Source: Elusimicrobiota bacterium
GTDB taxonomy: Bacteria; Elusimicrobiota; Elusimicrobia; Elusimicrobiales; UBA9959
Direction: 5' to 3'
Length of the DNA stretch: 64,000 nt
NCBI GenBank assembly: GCA_036574205.1
Contig: JAINCQ010000020.1
Location: 1 to 64,000 of the forward strand
Shown here piece after piece: positions 60,378 to 64,000 of the stretch. The translations under genes were made by a program, and so were the position numbers. Under the pieces are notes generated by a model. That model had not been told where the DNA came from, made no database searches, and saw only the letters and a program-made list of their open reading frames with translations. Within the stretch, counting starts at the first letter, position 1; every line of letters starts with the position of its first letter.

Positions 60378-61513
60378 AAATAATACATGTTATAACAAAA
60401 TTAGAGCTTGGTGGAGCACAACAAAATACTTTATGGACCTGTAAAAATTTAGATATAAATAAGTTTGATACTACTCTTGTCTGTGGTAAAGGTGGAATAT
60501 TAGATAAAGATGCTCAAACTAATGTTTCAAAAATAATATTTTCAAAATATTTAGTAAGAGAAATATCACCATTCAAAGATATGATGGCTTTTTTTGAACT
60601 ATTTTTCATATTTAAAAAGGAAAAGCCTGATATAATACATACTCATTCTTCCAAGGCTGGAATAATAGCAAGAATTGCTGCTTTTTTGGCAGGCGTTAAA
60701 AAAATTATTCATTCTTATCATGGTTTTGGTTTTAACAACTCTCAACCTGCTTTGATAAGGTATTTTTATATATTACTTGAAAAAATTTCTGCTATATATA
60801 CTGATGCTTTTATATTTGTTTCAAATGATAACATAAAAACAGCAATGAAATATAAAATAGGTAATCCAGAACGATATAATTTAATAAGAAGTGGAATAAA
60901 TCTATCAAAATTTTCAAAAGAAAAAGACTTTTCTTTCCTTGAAAATCTGGGAATAACAAAAAATAACTCAAAAATAATCTCCACAGTGGCAAATCTAAAG
61001 CCTCAAAAAAATCCTCATGATTTTATAAAAATAGCTGAACAGATAATCAAAAAAGGGATTGACGCATATTTTATATATGCTGGGGGAGGCAAAAATATAA
61101 ATTATTTCAGAAAACTGGTTAACGAAATGGGAATTGCCACAAGATGCATTTTTGTTGATTGGGTTTCAGAACCATTTAAAGTTTATCGGGCATCAGATAT
61201 CTTCCTTCTCACTTCTTTGTGGGAAGGACTTCCGCGAAGTCTTATTGAAGCAATTTGTAGCGGAGTCGTTCCAGTATGTTATAAAACTGATGGGGTTAAT
61301 GATATAATAATAGATGGAGTAAACGGCTTTATGGTTGAACAAAAAGATATTGCTAAAGCATCTTCAATAATAGAAAAACTCATCACAGACAATGAGTTTT
61401 ATGAAAAGATAAAAAATAATGTATTGAAAACTAATCTTAATGAGTTTGATATAGACAATATGGTAAAAAAACAAGAAATTCTTTATACAACTTTGATGGA
61501 AGAACATGCCTGA
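60374..61513 (+). CDS. Glycosyltransferase family 4
   Basis: GGAQQN, HTHSSKAG, PQKN, SLWEGLPRSLIEA. Confidence 0.92.
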   Translation: MKIIHVITKLELGGAQQNTLWTCKNLDINKFDTTLVCGKGGILDKDAQTNVSKIIFSKYLVREISPFKDMMAFFELFFIFKKEKPDIIHTHSSKAGIIARIAAFLAGVKKIIHSYHGFGFNNSQPALIRYFYILLEKISAIYTDAFIFVSNDNIKTAMKYKIGNPERYNLIRSGINLSKFSKEKDFSFLENLGITKNNSKIISTVANLKPQKNPHDFIKIAEQIIKKGIDAYFIYAGGGKNINYFRKLVNEMGIATRCIFVDWVSEPFKVYRASDIFLLTSLWEGLPRSLIEAICSGVVPVCYKTDGVNDIIIDGVNGFMVEQKDIAKASSIIEKLITDNEFYEKIKNNVLKTNLNEFDIDNMVKKQEILYTTLMEEHA

Positions 61514-62444
61514 GATATCAATAATAGTACCAATATATAACGAAGCGGAAAATATATCCAATCTTTGTAAGGAGATTGCATCAGTTGAAATTGAAGATTT
61601 TGAGGTTTTGCTTGTAGACGATGGTAGCAAAGATGGAGGATGGGAATTGATAAAAGAAATTTCAAAAAAAGACAATAGATTTAAAGGAATAAAATTGTCC
61701 AGAAACTTTGGACAAACTGCTGCAATTAAAGCCGGGATTGAAAATGCAAAAGGAGATATAATAGTAACTATGGATGGTGATCTTCAAAACGATCCACAAG
61801 ATATCCCGACACTTATATCATATGTAAGAAAAGGATATGATGTAGCAAGTGGATATAGAAAAAATAGAAAAGACCCGTTTTTAACAAGAGTTTTACCTTC
61901 TAAAATTGCAAACTATATAATATCAAAAATAACAGGGATTCATCTTAAAGATTATGGCTGCACACTGAAAGCATATAAAAAAGATATATTAAAAAAAATA
62001 GATTTATATGGAGAAATGCATAGATTTATACCGGCGCTTTGTGGATATGCAGGAGCAAATATAATTGAAATTGAAGTAAATCACAGGCCAAGGATGAGGG
62101 GAAAATCAAAATATGGGATATCCAGAATATTTAAAGTGATTCTGGATTTAATGATAGTCAAGTTTATGGGTAATTTTATAACAAAACCAATTTATTTTTT
62201 TGGGTTCTTTTCAATAACATTTATATCTATTTCTTTCGCTTTTTTTTTGATAACTCTTTATAATAAATGGTATAATAATATTTTTGTGAAAGACCAGCCG
62301 CTTTTTTTGGTGGCAATCTTTCTTTCTCTTATAGGAATACAGCTTGGACTTATAGGTGTAATAGCTGAGATGCTTACAAGAATTTATTATTCAAAAGAGA
62401 AAAAAGATTATTATATAAAAGAGACTACATATGATAAAAAATGA
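61506..62444 (+). CDS. Glycosyltransferase family 2 (ArnC/polyprenol-phosphate type)
   Basis: VPIYNE, VDDGSKD, RNFGQTAA, MDGDLQNDP, HRFIP; two C-terminal TMs. Confidence 0.92.
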   Translation: MPEISIIVPIYNEAENISNLCKEIASVEIEDFEVLLVDDGSKDGGWELIKEISKKDNRFKGIKLSRNFGQTAAIKAGIENAKGDIIVTMDGDLQNDPQDIPTLISYVRKGYDVASGYRKNRKDPFLTRVLPSKIANYIISKITGIHLKDYGCTLKAYKKDILKKIDLYGEMHRFIPALCGYAGANIIEIEVNHRPRMRGKSKYGISRIFKVILDLMIVKFMGNFITKPIYFFGFFSITFISISFAFFLITLYNKWYNNIFVKDQPLFLVAIFLSLIGIQLGLIGVIAEMLTRIYYSKEKKDYYIKETTYDKK

Positions 62445-62904
62445 ATTTATTTATGATTTTAAAAAAATATTCGAAAATGGAGGACTGTGCGAATCATTTG
62501 ATATTAATATCGATTCATTCAAAGATTCTTTCAGCAATATGGTTCAACCTGAAAATATTTATGTGGAAATTGTTTTCTCTGTTTTAGACAATTCTATATC
62601 TTTAAAAGGTAGAATAGAAGCTTCGGTCAAGCAATTATGTTCAAGATGTGGAATGCCTTTCAAAACTGTTTTAAAAGGTGATTTTGAAGATCTATATCCT
62701 ACAGGTAATAATGAAATTGATATACAACCTTTGATAAGGGAAGCATTGACATTAAGCGAACCTATGAAAGCCATATGTTCTCCCAATTGCAAGATGCAAC
62801 ATCTTGAGTATTTTGACTATAAAAGATTTGATATAAACGCTGAAAAACAAGGAGCTTATTATGCCAAATCCAAAACGAAAACACACAAGATCCAGAAGAG
62901 ATAA
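62431..62904 (+). CDS. DUF177/YceD family protein
   Basis: CSRC, IDIQPLIREAL, PMKAICSPNC; directly before rpmF. Confidence 0.85.
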   Translation: MIKNEFIYDFKKIFENGGLCESFDINIDSFKDSFSNMVQPENIYVEIVFSVLDNSISLKGRIEASVKQLCSRCGMPFKTVLKGDFEDLYPTGNNEIDIQPLIREALTLSEPMKAICSPNCKMQHLEYFDYKRFDINAEKQGAYYAKSKTKTHKIQKR

Positions 62905-63070
62905 AAGAAAATATCAGAGCTGGAAACTTGAATTAACAAATCTTTCCGTCTGTCCCAATTGTGGAGCTCTTAAAAAGCCGCATATTGTCTGCCCTTCATG
63001 TGGTTATTACAAGGGTAAGATAGTTATAAGCAAAAAGGATAAAAGCAAAGAAAACAAAGAAAACAAATAA
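62861..63070 (+). CDS. rpmF: 50S ribosomal protein L32 (zinc-binding form)
   Basis: MPNPKRKHTRSRRDKR, CPNCG...HIVCPSCGYY. Confidence 0.96.
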   Translation: MPNPKRKHTRSRRDKRKYQSWKLELTNLSVCPNCGALKKPHIVCPSCGYYKGKIVISKKDKSKENKENK

Positions 63071-63085
63071 ATAGTCTATAAACCT

Positions 63086-64000
63086 ATGAAAATAGCTATA
63101 GATGCTCATGGTGGAGATTTTGGAATAAAACCTAATATTGAGGCAAGCATTAGGGCAGTAAAGGAATTGGATGTAGAAATAGCTATTGTCGGAAAAGACT
63201 CAGAAATAAGAGATGAATTCAAAAAAATAGGTTTCTCCAATTTACCACCCAGGATAACAATAGTAAATTCAACAGAAGTAATAGATATGGGAAAAGAGCC
63301 TGTTGAAGAATGCAAACTTAAGCCAGATTCATCTATTATGGTAGGATGTGAACTTGTCTCTTCAAAAAAAGCTGATGCGTTTATATCCGCCGGGAATTCA
63401 GGAGCCATAATGGTGGCTTCATTACTTAAAATAGGGAGAATAAAAGGTGTTGCAAGACCCGCAATAGCTGTTTCATTCCCTACCGAAAAAGGCTTTTCGC
63501 TTCTTCTTGATGCTGGTGCAAATATGGATTGTCGTCCTTATCATATGTTTCAATTTGCAATAATGGGAAGTATATATGTAAAAAATATAATGGGGATAGA
63601 AAAACCAAAAGTGGGAATACTCTCAATAGGTGAAGAGGAGACAAAAGGAAATTCAATAGTTATAGAAACAATTGGATTGCTTAAAAATTGTTCTTCGATT
63701 GATTTCTATGGTCCTATTGAAGGAAGAGATATACCCTATCAGATAGTGGATGTTATAGTTACTGACGGTTTTACTGGCAATATAGTATTAAAACTTTCTG
63801 AGGGATTGGCACGTTTTTTGTTTTCAAATATCAAAAAGGAAATAGACAAAAAATGGTTTTACAAAATCGGTGCTCTTATTCTTAAGAAAATATTTGTTGA
63901 ACTAAAGAAAAAATCCGATCCTGATGAGTTTGGTGGAGCACCTCTGCTTGGAATAGATGGGATAGTCATTGTTAGCCATGGCAAATCTTCTTCCTACGCA
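63086..64000 (+). CDS. plsX: Phosphate acyltransferase PlsX (3' end outside the window; absent from the ORF track)
   Basis: Manual translation: MKIAIDAHGGDFG, SAGNSGA, ARPAIA, LLDAGAN, VTDGFTGNIVLK, GGAPLLG, SHGKSS. Confidence 0.95.
   Translation, partial: MKIAIDAHGGDFGIKPNIEASIRAVKELDVEIAIVGKDSEIRDEFKKIGFSNLPPRITIVNSTEVIDMGKEPVEECKLKPDSSIMVGCELVSSKKADAFISAGNSGAIMVASLLKIGRIKGVARPAIAVSFPTEKGFSLLLDAGANMDCRPYHMFQFAIMGSIYVKNIMGIEKPKVGILSIGEEETKGNSIVIETIGLLKNCSSIDFYGPIEGRDIPYQIVDVIVTDGFTGNIVLKLSEGLARFLFSNIKKEIDKKWFYKIGALILKKIFVELKKKSDPDEFGGAPLLGIDGIVIVSHGKSSSYA

Overview
AT-rich bacterial chromosomal window from a diderm, LPS-producing organism. The gene content (Cys-rich pilins, a FlgD/CTD-like protein, a fibre protein) suggests Elusimicrobiota, but that is inference. 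From left to right it holds: the end of a probable IS element; terC, an FKBP, an unknown P-loop protein, and an NSS transporter with its small subunit; tRNA-Thr(CGT); two O-antigen-ligase-like/TPR genes and an OmpA-domain gene heading a type IV pilus/T2SS-like operon with four pilins; a frameshifted secreted metallopeptidase; uvrA and nadB; a large Lpt/KDO/heptose/lipid A cluster containing a two-gene cassette (small CTD/FlgD-Ig protein plus ~1400-aa fibre-like protein); yebC-ruvCAB-spoIID-queA-tgt-yajC-secDF; tRNA-Arg(TCG) followed by a GC-rich, tandemly duplicated multi-hairpin element and boxC-like palindromes; a TPR/SpoIID-like gene, two glycosyltransferases, yceD-rpmF and partial plsX. 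Best candidates for undescribed biology are the CTD-protein plus fibre cassette, the structured repeat behind tRNA-Arg, the pilus-linked pair of ligase-like proteins (one with His->Glu at the catalytic motif), the poly-T frameshift in the peptidase signal peptide, a heptosyltransferase with a duplicated acceptor domain, and recurrent leaderless starts. All family calls come from motif recognition by eye; no searches were run.
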